Part shown: one piece after another, positions 30,576 to 39,073 of the stretch
Numbering within the stretch: position 1 is the first letter of the stretch
Layout of the letters: each line of letters starts with the position of its first letter
NCBI GenBank assembly: GCA_947494155.1
Contig: CANLTW010000003.1
Coordinates: forward strand, 61,016-125,015
Direction of reading: 5' to 3'
DNA from: Chlamydiota bacterium
Lineage (GTDB): Bacteria; Chlamydiota; Chlamydiia; Chlamydiales; RGXB01
Length of the DNA stretch: 64,000 nucleotides
Position numbers and translations under genes: made by a program
Notes under the pieces: model-generated
What the model was told of the DNA's origin: nothing
The model's input: the letters and a program-made list of their open reading frames with translations, nothing else
Database searches by the model: none

Positions 30576-32423
30576 ATGATCCGTTTTCTTTTACCCACCC
30601 TTATTTTTCTCTCCTTGTTGGCCAAGGAGCCTCCGAAACTGAAGGTGCACGATGTCTCCCATCGAATGGAGGAGATGCTACGTGCCCATGCCCAAATACA
30701 TGAAGTCAACAACGAGATTCTTGAGCGTACCCTCCTACATTTTGTGGACGAGATGGATAGGACCAGAAGCTATTTTCTCGAGGAGGAGGTGATTCCTCTT
30801 ATTAAATTGGATCAAAACAGCCTGACTACACTTAGGAATGCGATTCATCGCGGCGATTTCCAGTATTTTTCCCATCTAGTCCAGCTTTTTAAAAAAGCGG
30901 TTTCCCGTCACAACACCCTTCTTTTAAACCCAAAATTACAGAGCATCACCCCCAAAAAGCTGGAGGCAAAGGAGGAATCTTTTGCCCAGTCTGAGGAGGC
31001 TTTATTGGATAAGCTGGGGCAGCTTCGTGCACACACCCTTTTCATGGCGGACCAAATCGGCCCTAACATGCAAGAAAAAATCTTAGGCTGGAGCGACAAG
31101 AAGCGGCTAAAATTTGAAGAGGAATGGGTATCTCTCACTAAGGAGCTGGAAGAGCGCCTTATCTATAGCACCTTCTTGAAATCCTTTGCCCGTTCTCTCG
31201 ATGCCCATACCTCCTATTTCACCCCTGACGAAGCGGCCGATTTTATGGTACACGTGCAGCAACGCCTCTACGGAATCGGGGCTATGTTACGCGATGACTT
31301 TGACGGGTTGATCATTTTGAAGCTGATTGAAGGGGGGCCTGCAGCCCGCAGCGGAAAAGTTCAAGTCGACGATAAAATTATTGCAGTAGATTCAGAACCG
31401 GTGATGGGGCTGTCTATACAGGACGCCGTCGCTTTGATCAGGGGTAAAAAGGGGACATCGGTGACCCTTACCCTTTTAAGAAAAAACGAACATTTAACAG
31501 TCCCGGTGATCCGCGACGAGGTCGTCGTTGAGGAGAGTCGCTACTCGTACGATGTGATTAATACTGCCGACGGACCCATCCTCCATTTTGCCCTTCACTC
31601 CTTTTACGAGGATGAAAACACCTCCTCAAGCAAAGATTTTAAAAAAGTGCTTGATAGAGTAAAAAAACAGGCAACACCGGTAGGCGTCATTTTAGACTTA
31701 AGAGAAAATTCGGGCGGTCTTATGTCGCAAGCCGTAGAAATCGCCGGGCACTTTATCCATAGAGGTGTTGTCGCCTCGGTATCAGATCGGGTACATGGCG
31801 TATACCATATGCGCAATTTTCAATCTCCGCCCAGCTTTAGAGGCCCCCTTGTCGTTTTGATCGATAAGGCAAGCGCCTCCTCAAGCGAAATAGTTGCACA
31901 ATGCTTAAAAGATTATGGGAGGGCCCTTTTAGTGGGCGATAGCTCCACCTTTGGTAAAGGCTCTTACCAGGTGCTTTCGATTGACAACCAAAAATCGATA
32001 GACCCTAAAGGGGAGTACCGGATCACGCGAGGCCTTTATTACACCGTATCGGGAAACTCCCCTCAGCTTACGGGAGTCACGCCTCACATTGAGATCCCCG
32101 GACCGCTCAATAAAATGGAAATAGGGGAAAAGCACCATAAATTTGCCCTCCCTTCTGACTCCATACCCGCAAGTTACGTAGACCAGATGTTGGACCTAAA
32201 TCCCCTTGCCCGTGTACGCGCGAAGCGGGGCCAGCAGCAGCAACGTCTTTTCCTCTCCGAAAAAATCTTGAAACATCTTCAAAAGGCCTCCAAAGAGCGA
32301 CAAAACAAATGGAAAAAAGGGGAAACTATCACCTACGAAGAGGAGAAAAAGCTCGTTTTGGACGAATCTTGCGAGGTGCTAAAACACTGGGCTAAATTTA
32401 AAGAGTCCAGCCTTCTTTATTAA
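30576..32423 (+). CDS. tsp: Tail-specific (C-terminal processing) protease, S41 family with PDZ
   Basis: Signal peptide, LDAHTSY, PDZ, DLRENSGG, SASSSE, FGKG motifs. Confidence 0.92.
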   Translation: MIRFLLPTLIFLSLLAKEPPKLKVHDVSHRMEEMLRAHAQIHEVNNEILERTLLHFVDEMDRTRSYFLEEEVIPLIKLDQNSLTTLRNAIHRGDFQYFSHLVQLFKKAVSRHNTLLLNPKLQSITPKKLEAKEESFAQSEEALLDKLGQLRAHTLFMADQIGPNMQEKILGWSDKKRLKFEEEWVSLTKELEERLIYSTFLKSFARSLDAHTSYFTPDEAADFMVHVQQRLYGIGAMLRDDFDGLIILKLIEGGPAARSGKVQVDDKIIAVDSEPVMGLSIQDAVALIRGKKGTSVTLTLLRKNEHLTVPVIRDEVVVEESRYSYDVINTADGPILHFALHSFYEDENTSSSKDFKKVLDRVKKQATPVGVILDLRENSGGLMSQAVEIAGHFIHRGVVASVSDRVHGVYHMRNFQSPPSFRGPLVVLIDKASASSSEIVAQCLKDYGRALLVGDSSTFGKGSYQVLSIDNQKSIDPKGEYRITRGLYYTVSGNSPQLTGVTPHIEIPGPLNKMEIGEKHHKFALPSDSIPASYVDQMLDLNPLARVRAKRGQQQQRLFLSEKILKHLQKASKERQNKWKKGETITYEEEKKLVLDESCEVLKHWAKFKESSLLY

Positions 32424-32546
32424 AAATTTTTTGTCACTTCCCCCCTTTTTTCTAAAAAACCTGGGTTGAAACCGCAAGGCTTTGAGCACTTGAAGTTTTT
32501 TGAGTTATCGAGGTATACTCCTCTTTAACTTTTTTAGGATTTGTTT

Positions 32547-34058
32547 ATGTCTTTAAATGCGCCGGTCCGGGTCCGTATTGCCCCCTCTCCAACCGGATAC
32601 CCCCATGTTGGCACCGCCTACATCGCTCTCATGAATCTTGCCTTCGCCAAACATCATGGTGGAGATTTTATTTTGAGGATTGAAGACACCGACCAATCGC
32701 GCAGCAGGCCTGTGTACGAGGAGAATATCTACAAAGCCCTGCATTGGGCAGGTATCGAATGGGACGAAGGCCCCGACAAAGGGGGACCGTATGGTCCTTA
32801 CCGCCAGTCTGAAAGAACCGCTATCTATCAAGAATACGCGCAGAAACTATTAGATCGGGGAATGGCCTATAAGTGTTTTGCCACCTCCCAAGAGCTCGAG
32901 CAGATGCGCCTCACCTCGAAAAGCGGATATAACAGGCTCTATAGAAACCTCACCCAAGAGGAGATCGATGAGCGTGTTTCTCGCAATGAAAAGTATACAG
33001 TAAGACTAAAAGTACCCCTGACCGGCGAACTCCATTTTGAGGACGGGATTATGGGAAAAATCGTGGTGAAATATGAGGAGATCGACGATCAAATCCTTTT
33101 AAAAGCTGACGGGTTTCCCACGTATCACTTGGCAAATGTTGTTGACGATCACTTGATGAAGATCACTCATGTCTTACGCGGAAGCGAGTGGCTCACATCG
33201 ACCCCAAAGCACATTGTGATCTATAACGCTTTTGGTTGGACTCCGCCGACTTTTTATCACTTGCCCCTTCTCCTCGGTGCCGACGGGAAAAAACTCTCCA
33301 AACGTAAAAATCCTTGCTCTATCTTCTTTTTCAAGGATAGCGGTTACATTCCAGAAGCGTTTTTAAATTTTCTCTCTTTGATGGGCTATAGCATGCCTAA
33401 CGACGAGGAGATCTATACCCTAGACCACTTTTGTAAAACCTTTGATATCAAGCGGATCGGCTCATCGGGTGCTTTTTTTGATTTTCAGAAGTTGGATTGG
33501 ATCAATCAACAATACTTGATGCGCACAACCGATCCTAAAGGCCTTTGGAAAAATATCTCCAACTGGGCATTTGAAGAGTCTAAAATGCTGCAATTGATGG
33601 AAATGGGGCGCACAAGAATCCGTACCTATTCAGAGTTCTTCGACCTTTTCCATTTCTTTTTTACAAATCATCTCGAGTTATCGCTGGAAAACATGGTCCC
33701 TAAAACCTTGTCTCAAGAGGGATCTGCAATGCTTATGCAAGCAGTCCTTTGGAGACTTGACGAAAGAGAGAGCTGGTCAAAAGAGAGCATTGAGGCAGTT
33801 TGTAAAGAATTTGTCGAACTTTTCGGGCTCAACCTGAAAAAAGAGATCATGCCTGTCCTTTATACCGCCCTTACTGGGAAGACCCAAGGCCCACCACTCT
33901 ATGCCTCGTTTGAGCTTTTAGGGATCGACAGAACCCGTGCCCGACTTCTTCAGGGCATCTCTTTTTTGGGGGGGTTAAGCACAAAAAAAGTGGATCTTCT
34001 GAAGAATTCGATGCAAAAAAAGGATTGCCTCTCCCTTTTGCATAAAGTGGGAACTTAA
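32547..34058 (+). CDS. gltX: Glutamyl-tRNA synthetase
   Basis: APSPTGYPHVG (HIGH), RIEDTD, KLSKR (KMSKS) motifs. Confidence 0.98.
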   Translation: MSLNAPVRVRIAPSPTGYPHVGTAYIALMNLAFAKHHGGDFILRIEDTDQSRSRPVYEENIYKALHWAGIEWDEGPDKGGPYGPYRQSERTAIYQEYAQKLLDRGMAYKCFATSQELEQMRLTSKSGYNRLYRNLTQEEIDERVSRNEKYTVRLKVPLTGELHFEDGIMGKIVVKYEEIDDQILLKADGFPTYHLANVVDDHLMKITHVLRGSEWLTSTPKHIVIYNAFGWTPPTFYHLPLLLGADGKKLSKRKNPCSIFFFKDSGYIPEAFLNFLSLMGYSMPNDEEIYTLDHFCKTFDIKRIGSSGAFFDFQKLDWINQQYLMRTTDPKGLWKNISNWAFEESKMLQLMEMGRTRIRTYSEFFDLFHFFFTNHLELSLENMVPKTLSQEGSAMLMQAVLWRLDERESWSKESIEAVCKEFVELFGLNLKKEIMPVLYTALTGKTQGPPLYASFELLGIDRTRARLLQGISFLGGLSTKKVDLLKNSMQKKDCLSLLHKVGT

Positions 34059-34244
34059 AAAAATGGCCACAGCCTAACGGATCGGATCGTGGCTTAAGGG
34101 ATCTTTGCCGCTTTTATCGGATTTAGCCTCTTCAGTAAGGGGCTGATCCGTGATAATATACGAGGGTTTATACCCTGCCGCCGTGCAAGAGGCTAAAAAA
34201 ATCAAAAACAAGGTTTTTTTGTATTTAAAACGCATAGGATCCCT
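34058..34244. ncRNA. Candidate structured ncRNA or cis-regulatory RNA between gltX and the cysJ-like gene
   Basis: GC-rich island with several stems. A minus-strand terminator-like hairpin (34066-34093) is followed by U7. Confidence 0.45.
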
Positions 34245-34273
34245 AATATATACCTATAGTACATTGGCGATTT

Positions 34274-35230
34274 ATGTCCAAACACACAGCTAAACTTTCT
34301 CATCGCTCTTTCCTAACTCCCTTAGATGCAGAAAAAAGAACGCTCCATTTAGAGATCTCTTTAAGCGAGCCTATAAGTTATCTGCCCGGCGACTCCATTG
34401 CCTTGGATGTGGAAAACTCCCCGCACCAAGTGGAAAAATGGCTCAAAAAATTCTCGAAAAATCCCCATGAAATCGTGGTAAATAGAAGAACTCAAGAGGA
34501 GCTGCCCCTATACTCCTATTTAAAAAAACAGGTCAATCTCCAATCGATTCAAGACGGGGATCTATCCAGAGCGCGCCCGCTCATGCCCCGTTTCTACTCT
34601 ATCGCCTCGTCGCAATCGTTATACCCTAATCAAATGCACCTATTAGTTACCCTTGAAGAATTTTTAGACGATGAGGGACAAAAAATGATGGGGGTGGGGA
34701 GCGAATACCTCTTTTCTGAACTTGGTTTGAATGACTCGGTCCAATTCAAATTGTACCCTAACGAACAGTTTCGACTTCCCCATCCAACAGTTCCCCTAAT
34801 TATGGTAGGTCCAGGCACTGGGCTTGCCCCTTTCAAGGCCTTTTTAGAGGAGAGGATGTACCAGAACGCCCCCGCAAAAAGCTGGTTGCTTTTTGGGGAA
34901 AGGAATAGGAATTCCCATTTTTACTATGAGGATTTCCTCACAGGTCTAGAACAAAGCGGACAACTAGAGCTTTCTTTAGCGTTTTCCCGAGACGGAGATC
35001 AAAAGGTTTATGTACAAGATAGACTTAAAGAGCAAAAAGAGAAGCTCTTTAACTACCTTGACGAGGGGGCGGTCATCTATATCTGCGGAGATGCTAAAAT
35101 GATGGCAAAAGGGGTAACAGAGACTTTAGAAATGCTCTACAGTGAAAAAACTTCTAAAGATCTTGATGAAGCTAAAGAATGGTTACGTCGATTGAAGGCT
35201 GAAGGGCGTTTAAAACTGGACGTCTATTAG
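34274..35230 (+). CDS. cysJ: Sulfite reductase flavoprotein-like FAD/NADPH oxidoreductase (no flavodoxin domain)
   Basis: PRFYSIASS, GPGTGLAPF, AFSRD..KVYVQD, YICGDA..MA, terminal DVY motifs. Confidence 0.85.
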   Translation: MSKHTAKLSHRSFLTPLDAEKRTLHLEISLSEPISYLPGDSIALDVENSPHQVEKWLKKFSKNPHEIVVNRRTQEELPLYSYLKKQVNLQSIQDGDLSRARPLMPRFYSIASSQSLYPNQMHLLVTLEEFLDDEGQKMMGVGSEYLFSELGLNDSVQFKLYPNEQFRLPHPTVPLIMVGPGTGLAPFKAFLEERMYQNAPAKSWLLFGERNRNSHFYYEDFLTGLEQSGQLELSLAFSRDGDQKVYVQDRLKEQKEKLFNYLDEGAVIYICGDAKMMAKGVTETLEMLYSEKTSKDLDEAKEWLRRLKAEGRLKLDVY

Positions 35231-35727
35231 AGCTTTTTCAAGAACGTGACGACTGCACGGCAAGTAACCCCTTTTCCCTGTGATGCAAAACACATTGAAT
35301 TTCCCGTTGTGAAAACCATTCCAACCTGCTCTATGTCTATTTGTAGAGTTTTGGCGATATTTTGCCGCATCCTTAGCTCCTGGGGTTGTAGCCGAGGTTT
35401 TTGCGCTGTTAAAGAGACCACACAGTGGAGAATTTTCATATTTTTAAGAGTTTTTAGTGCCTCAGCAACAAAAACCCTGCTATCTTTTACCCCTTTTTCT
35501 TTGCAAAGTTCTATGGCTACTTTTCCTAAAATGGGGACATGAGTAACAGAGGTGATCGCTTGACAGAGGGCATGGTAGGCGACATCTCCATCCGAATCAG
35601 CATCAAAGGAAGGGGTATCTAAAAATGGGTGACCGGCTATAATACAGCCCGAGGTATCGTTTTTAAATTGATGACTATCTTCACCAAATCCTGTAATATA
35701 GACGTACTCGTTTTGTTTATTTTCCAT
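35227..35727 (-). CDS. ispF: 2-C-methyl-D-erythritol 2,4-cyclodiphosphate synthase
   Basis: GFGEDSH, ADSDGDVAYHALCQA (chlamydial-type), DSRVF motifs. Confidence 0.9.
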   Translation of the reverse strand: MENKQNEYVYITGFGEDSHQFKNDTSGCIIAGHPFLDTPSFDADSDGDVAYHALCQAITSVTHVPILGKVAIELCKEKGVKDSRVFVAEALKTLKNMKILHCVVSLTAQKPRLQPQELRMRQNIAKTLQIDIEQVGMVFTTGNSMCFASQGKGVTCRAVVTFLKKL

Positions 35728-35764
35728 GGGCATCCCGTTAAAAGAGGTTTACCTACTGTAACAC

Positions 35765-36667
35765 ATGCACTTTCACTACTGCAATACCTGGTTCGAAGAG
35801 ACTCTTTTAGCTCCGAAAGAGACTTTAAGAAATATGCACTACCTTTTTCAGTATCTGCCCATTTTGTACGCACCAAAAGGCTCTAAAGTCTTGGTGGATG
35901 CTTTTGCCATTTCTCCTATTGAGGGCTACGAGATACTCCCTTATGACCCTCAAAAAAGAGCGGAATGGGATCTTCATCATTCCATAGAGTTTTGGGTAAA
36001 CGAGGATCCTTTGACGACCAAACTCCTCTCGAAAGAATTCCTCTTTACCCACACAAAAAGGCCTAAAGGGTCGAGAATCATCCAAAATGTCGATGAGGCC
36101 GAAGCGTTCGAAAAAGCATACGGTGGAAATTGCGTTTTTAAGCAATTCCTGAGCTTTTCCGGAATGGGTCATGCTAGAAAAGCGACAGACATTCGTCGCT
36201 TTCCATGCCTTTTAGAGCCCTGGTTTGAACGCACGCTGGATTTTAGTACACAGTGGATTGTCGAGGCGAGCCATATTGAATACCTAGGAGATACCCATCT
36301 GCTTGTTGCGTCAGGTGGAGGGTATAGAGGTACTGAAATCGGCTGTATCAGTATAGAAAAAACCTATCTCGATCTCCATTTTGGCGAGGTGTATCCCCTT
36401 CTTGAGATGATTCAGAAGATGGGTTTCAGAGGGAATGTCGGGATTGATGCCTTTGTCCACAAGGAGGGTTTTGTCCCCATCTGTGAAATGAACCCCCGTA
36501 AGACGATGGGGTACGTCGCTTTGATGATTGCGCGTCATCAAAATACAAAGAAATTGCGCCTTTCGATAAAAAAGTCCTCACACGGAGCACTACTTCCCGA
36601 CATCTTGATAGATAAGCACAATAAACAACTTCGATTCCCAAAAAATCTTTTCCTAGATAAGCTCTAG
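35765..36667 (+). CDS. Minimal ATP-grasp-like hypothetical protein
   Basis: VFKQFLSFSGMG, LEPWFERTLDFS, GNVGIDA...ICEMNPRKTMG (ExNxR) motifs. Confidence 0.7.
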   Translation: MHFHYCNTWFEETLLAPKETLRNMHYLFQYLPILYAPKGSKVLVDAFAISPIEGYEILPYDPQKRAEWDLHHSIEFWVNEDPLTTKLLSKEFLFTHTKRPKGSRIIQNVDEAEAFEKAYGGNCVFKQFLSFSGMGHARKATDIRRFPCLLEPWFERTLDFSTQWIVEASHIEYLGDTHLLVASGGGYRGTEIGCISIEKTYLDLHFGEVYPLLEMIQKMGFRGNVGIDAFVHKEGFVPICEMNPRKTMGYVALMIARHQNTKKLRLSIKKSSHGALLPDILIDKHNKQLRFPKNLFLDKL

Positions 36668-36669
36668 CA

Positions 36670-38019
36670 ATGACATTGGCGCAACAGACACTTTCAAAAA
36701 CCGGATATAAAATTTTCGGTAAAAATCCCCTTAGAGGGTCTATCGAAGCTTTTGGAGCAAAAAATAGTGTTACAAAATGTTTGGTTGCCTCTCTTTTGAC
36801 AGATCAGGTTTGCACCATCACGAATGTCCCGCAAATTCAAGAGGTGGAAATTACCCTTGATATGCTCGCCTCTTTAGGAAGCAGGATCACCTGGGATAAA
36901 CAGGCTCACACCATCTCGATTCATACCCCACACATCACCTCAACAACAGTTGCCAACCGTTTTAGCGGTGCAAACAGGATCCCTATTCTTCTTCTGGGTG
37001 CCCTCATCGGACGGACGACAGAACCGGTCAAAATCCCCTCTGTAGGGGGCTGTCAAATCGGTGCACGCCCTGTGAATTTTCACTTCGAGGCTCTTAAAAC
37101 GCTAGGCGTGGATTTAAAAATACAAAAAAACGAACACAACCATCTCTACATCGCCTCTGCTCCCAAAGGGCTTATAGGGGGTATTATTCGTTTAGAATAT
37201 CCATCGCTTGGCGCAAGTGAAAACGCTCTATTGGCAGCCTCCTGGGCCCGGGGGGTGACATACATCCACAATATTAGTGTAGAACCCGAATTTTTGGATC
37301 TGATCCATTTCGTACAAAAAATAGGAGTGATCATCTCTTTTATTGATGATAGAACAATTCGAGTCCAAAGAGGGATCTACAGAGGTGCAGAACACCACTT
37401 AGTATCCGACCGCGCATTTGCAGCCTCCTACGCGATGCTTGCCTACGCCACTCAAGGAGAAATTTTTGTCAAAGGGGCTCGTCAAGAACACCTGGGAAAT
37501 TTGTTAAGTATTTTGCAGCAGATCAAAGCCCCGTTTTTGATCCAAAATGATGGGATCGTTTTCCGTTTTTCCTCTCCTCTGGAGGGTTCGATTCAGGTGG
37601 AAACTGGCCCCTATCCGAATTTTCTGACCGACATGCAGCAACCTCTTGTCACGCTATTGACTCAGACAAAAGGGGAACACAAGGTACACGAAACCGTGTA
37701 CGAACAGCGGTTCGGCTACACAAAAACTCTTAACGAGATGGGGGCTGGTATTTCGCTCTCTTGTGATTGCGCTGGAGACCTTGCCTGTAGATTCAAAAAC
37801 CAAAATTTTTCTCATAGTGCTTACATTCTTGGGCCTACTCCCCTATCAGGAAAAGATATTTTGATTCCCGATCTCCGTGCTGGATTCGCCTACGTGATCG
37901 CCTCTCTTTCTGCAGAAGGGCTTTCTACTCTGCATAACATCCATTATTTACAAAGGGGATACGGAGATCTCCTTTCCCCTTTGCGCTCACTTGGTGCAGA
38001 TATCTCCCTAACGGACTAA
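36670..38019 (+). CDS. murA: UDP-N-acetylglucosamine 1-carboxyvinyltransferase
   Basis: GAKNS, GGCQIGARP, TDMQQP, PDLRAG motifs. Confidence 0.96.
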   Translation: MTLAQQTLSKTGYKIFGKNPLRGSIEAFGAKNSVTKCLVASLLTDQVCTITNVPQIQEVEITLDMLASLGSRITWDKQAHTISIHTPHITSTTVANRFSGANRIPILLLGALIGRTTEPVKIPSVGGCQIGARPVNFHFEALKTLGVDLKIQKNEHNHLYIASAPKGLIGGIIRLEYPSLGASENALLAASWARGVTYIHNISVEPEFLDLIHFVQKIGVIISFIDDRTIRVQRGIYRGAEHHLVSDRAFAASYAMLAYATQGEIFVKGARQEHLGNLLSILQQIKAPFLIQNDGIVFRFSSPLEGSIQVETGPYPNFLTDMQQPLVTLLTQTKGEHKVHETVYEQRFGYTKTLNEMGAGISLSCDCAGDLACRFKNQNFSHSAYILGPTPLSGKDILIPDLRAGFAYVIASLSAEGLSTLHNIHYLQRGYGDLLSPLRSLGADISLTD

Positions 38020-38097
38020 AAAAACAAAAAAAATTTCAAAAACGAGCGGTTCCCTTTTTTCTTTAAAAGATGTTATAGTTTGCGGATAGCACGCCCT

Positions 38098-39072
38098 ATG
38101 ATGACTATTTTAGAAAAAAAACCTTTTATAAAACTCGGTGCCCTACTGGACTTTCTCGAATTTTCCATCGAAAATAGGGCCCTTTGCTGGGACAGGCCCC
38201 ACTTCCCCCTGTTGGTACCGATGAGACTGGCTCTGAAGATGGAGAAAAACAACCCTTTTTGCCCTATTTTTCTGCAGTTTGTCCCGCTAGTCAAAGAGCA
38301 GGAAAACCACGAAAGATTTTTGGATGAGCCGGTAAAGGATCCCCTCTTTAGACTGGCTCCAAAATATTTGCAAAAATATGAGGGTCGCTCTCTCTTGCTA
38401 GCCACAAAAGCCTGCGCTATGCATTGCCGCTACTGTTTTCGTCAAAATTTTTCTTACGAAACCGAAACCGAGGGATTTTTTCAAGAATTGGAACTTATTC
38501 GAAACAATCAAGAACTCCATGAGGTGATTTTGAGTGGTGGCGACCCGCTCTCTTTAAAAAACTCCTCTCTCATCCCCCTCTTGAGTGAGCTCAATAAAAT
38601 CCCCCACCTCAAATACATCCGTTTCCACACCCGCACCCTGATTGCCGACCCAACCCGAATAGACGAGACGCTTTTGAAGGCTTTGTCCGAATTAAAAAAA
38701 AGAGTGGTTTTTGTTGTGCACGTCAACCATCCTAAAGAGCTTGGAGAAGATCTTAAAGCCTGTTTCGATCATTTACAAAAAATTGGTATTCAGCTTTTAT
38801 CCCAGAGCGTGTTGCTAAAGGGGATCAACGACGATCTTTTGACTTTGCAAAAACTATTTTTTGGACTTTTTGACCATGGGGTTCTCCCCTACTATCTGCA
38901 CCAATTGGACAGAGTACAAGGGTCATTCCACTTTGAGGTAAACCCTGAAAAAGGGCTGGAGCTTATCGAGAAGCTACGAGAGAGAATGCCGGGTTATCTG
39001 GTTCCAAAATACGTTCAGGAGATCCCCCAAAAGCGCTCAAAAACCCCAGTGGAGAGATCTTTAAGCCCCTGA
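38098..39072 (+). CDS. epmB: KamA-family radical SAM enzyme, EF-P beta-lysylation EpmB-like
   Basis: CAMHCRYCFR, ILSGGDPL, HVNHP, QSVLLKGIND, PYYLHQLDRV, GYLVP motifs. Confidence 0.85.
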   Translation: MMTILEKKPFIKLGALLDFLEFSIENRALCWDRPHFPLLVPMRLALKMEKNNPFCPIFLQFVPLVKEQENHERFLDEPVKDPLFRLAPKYLQKYEGRSLLLATKACAMHCRYCFRQNFSYETETEGFFQELELIRNNQELHEVILSGGDPLSLKNSSLIPLLSELNKIPHLKYIRFHTRTLIADPTRIDETLLKALSELKKRVVFVVHVNHPKELGEDLKACFDHLQKIGIQLLSQSVLLKGINDDLLTLQKLFFGLFDHGVLPYYLHQLDRVQGSFHFEVNPEKGLELIEKLRERMPGYLVPKYVQEIPQKRSKTPVERSLSP

Positions 39073-39073
39073 T

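Noticed and set aside
34097..34244. Retron msr-msd (terminal inverted repeats enclosing hairpins)
   Set aside because: No reverse transcriptase in the window; both flanking genes are housekeeping
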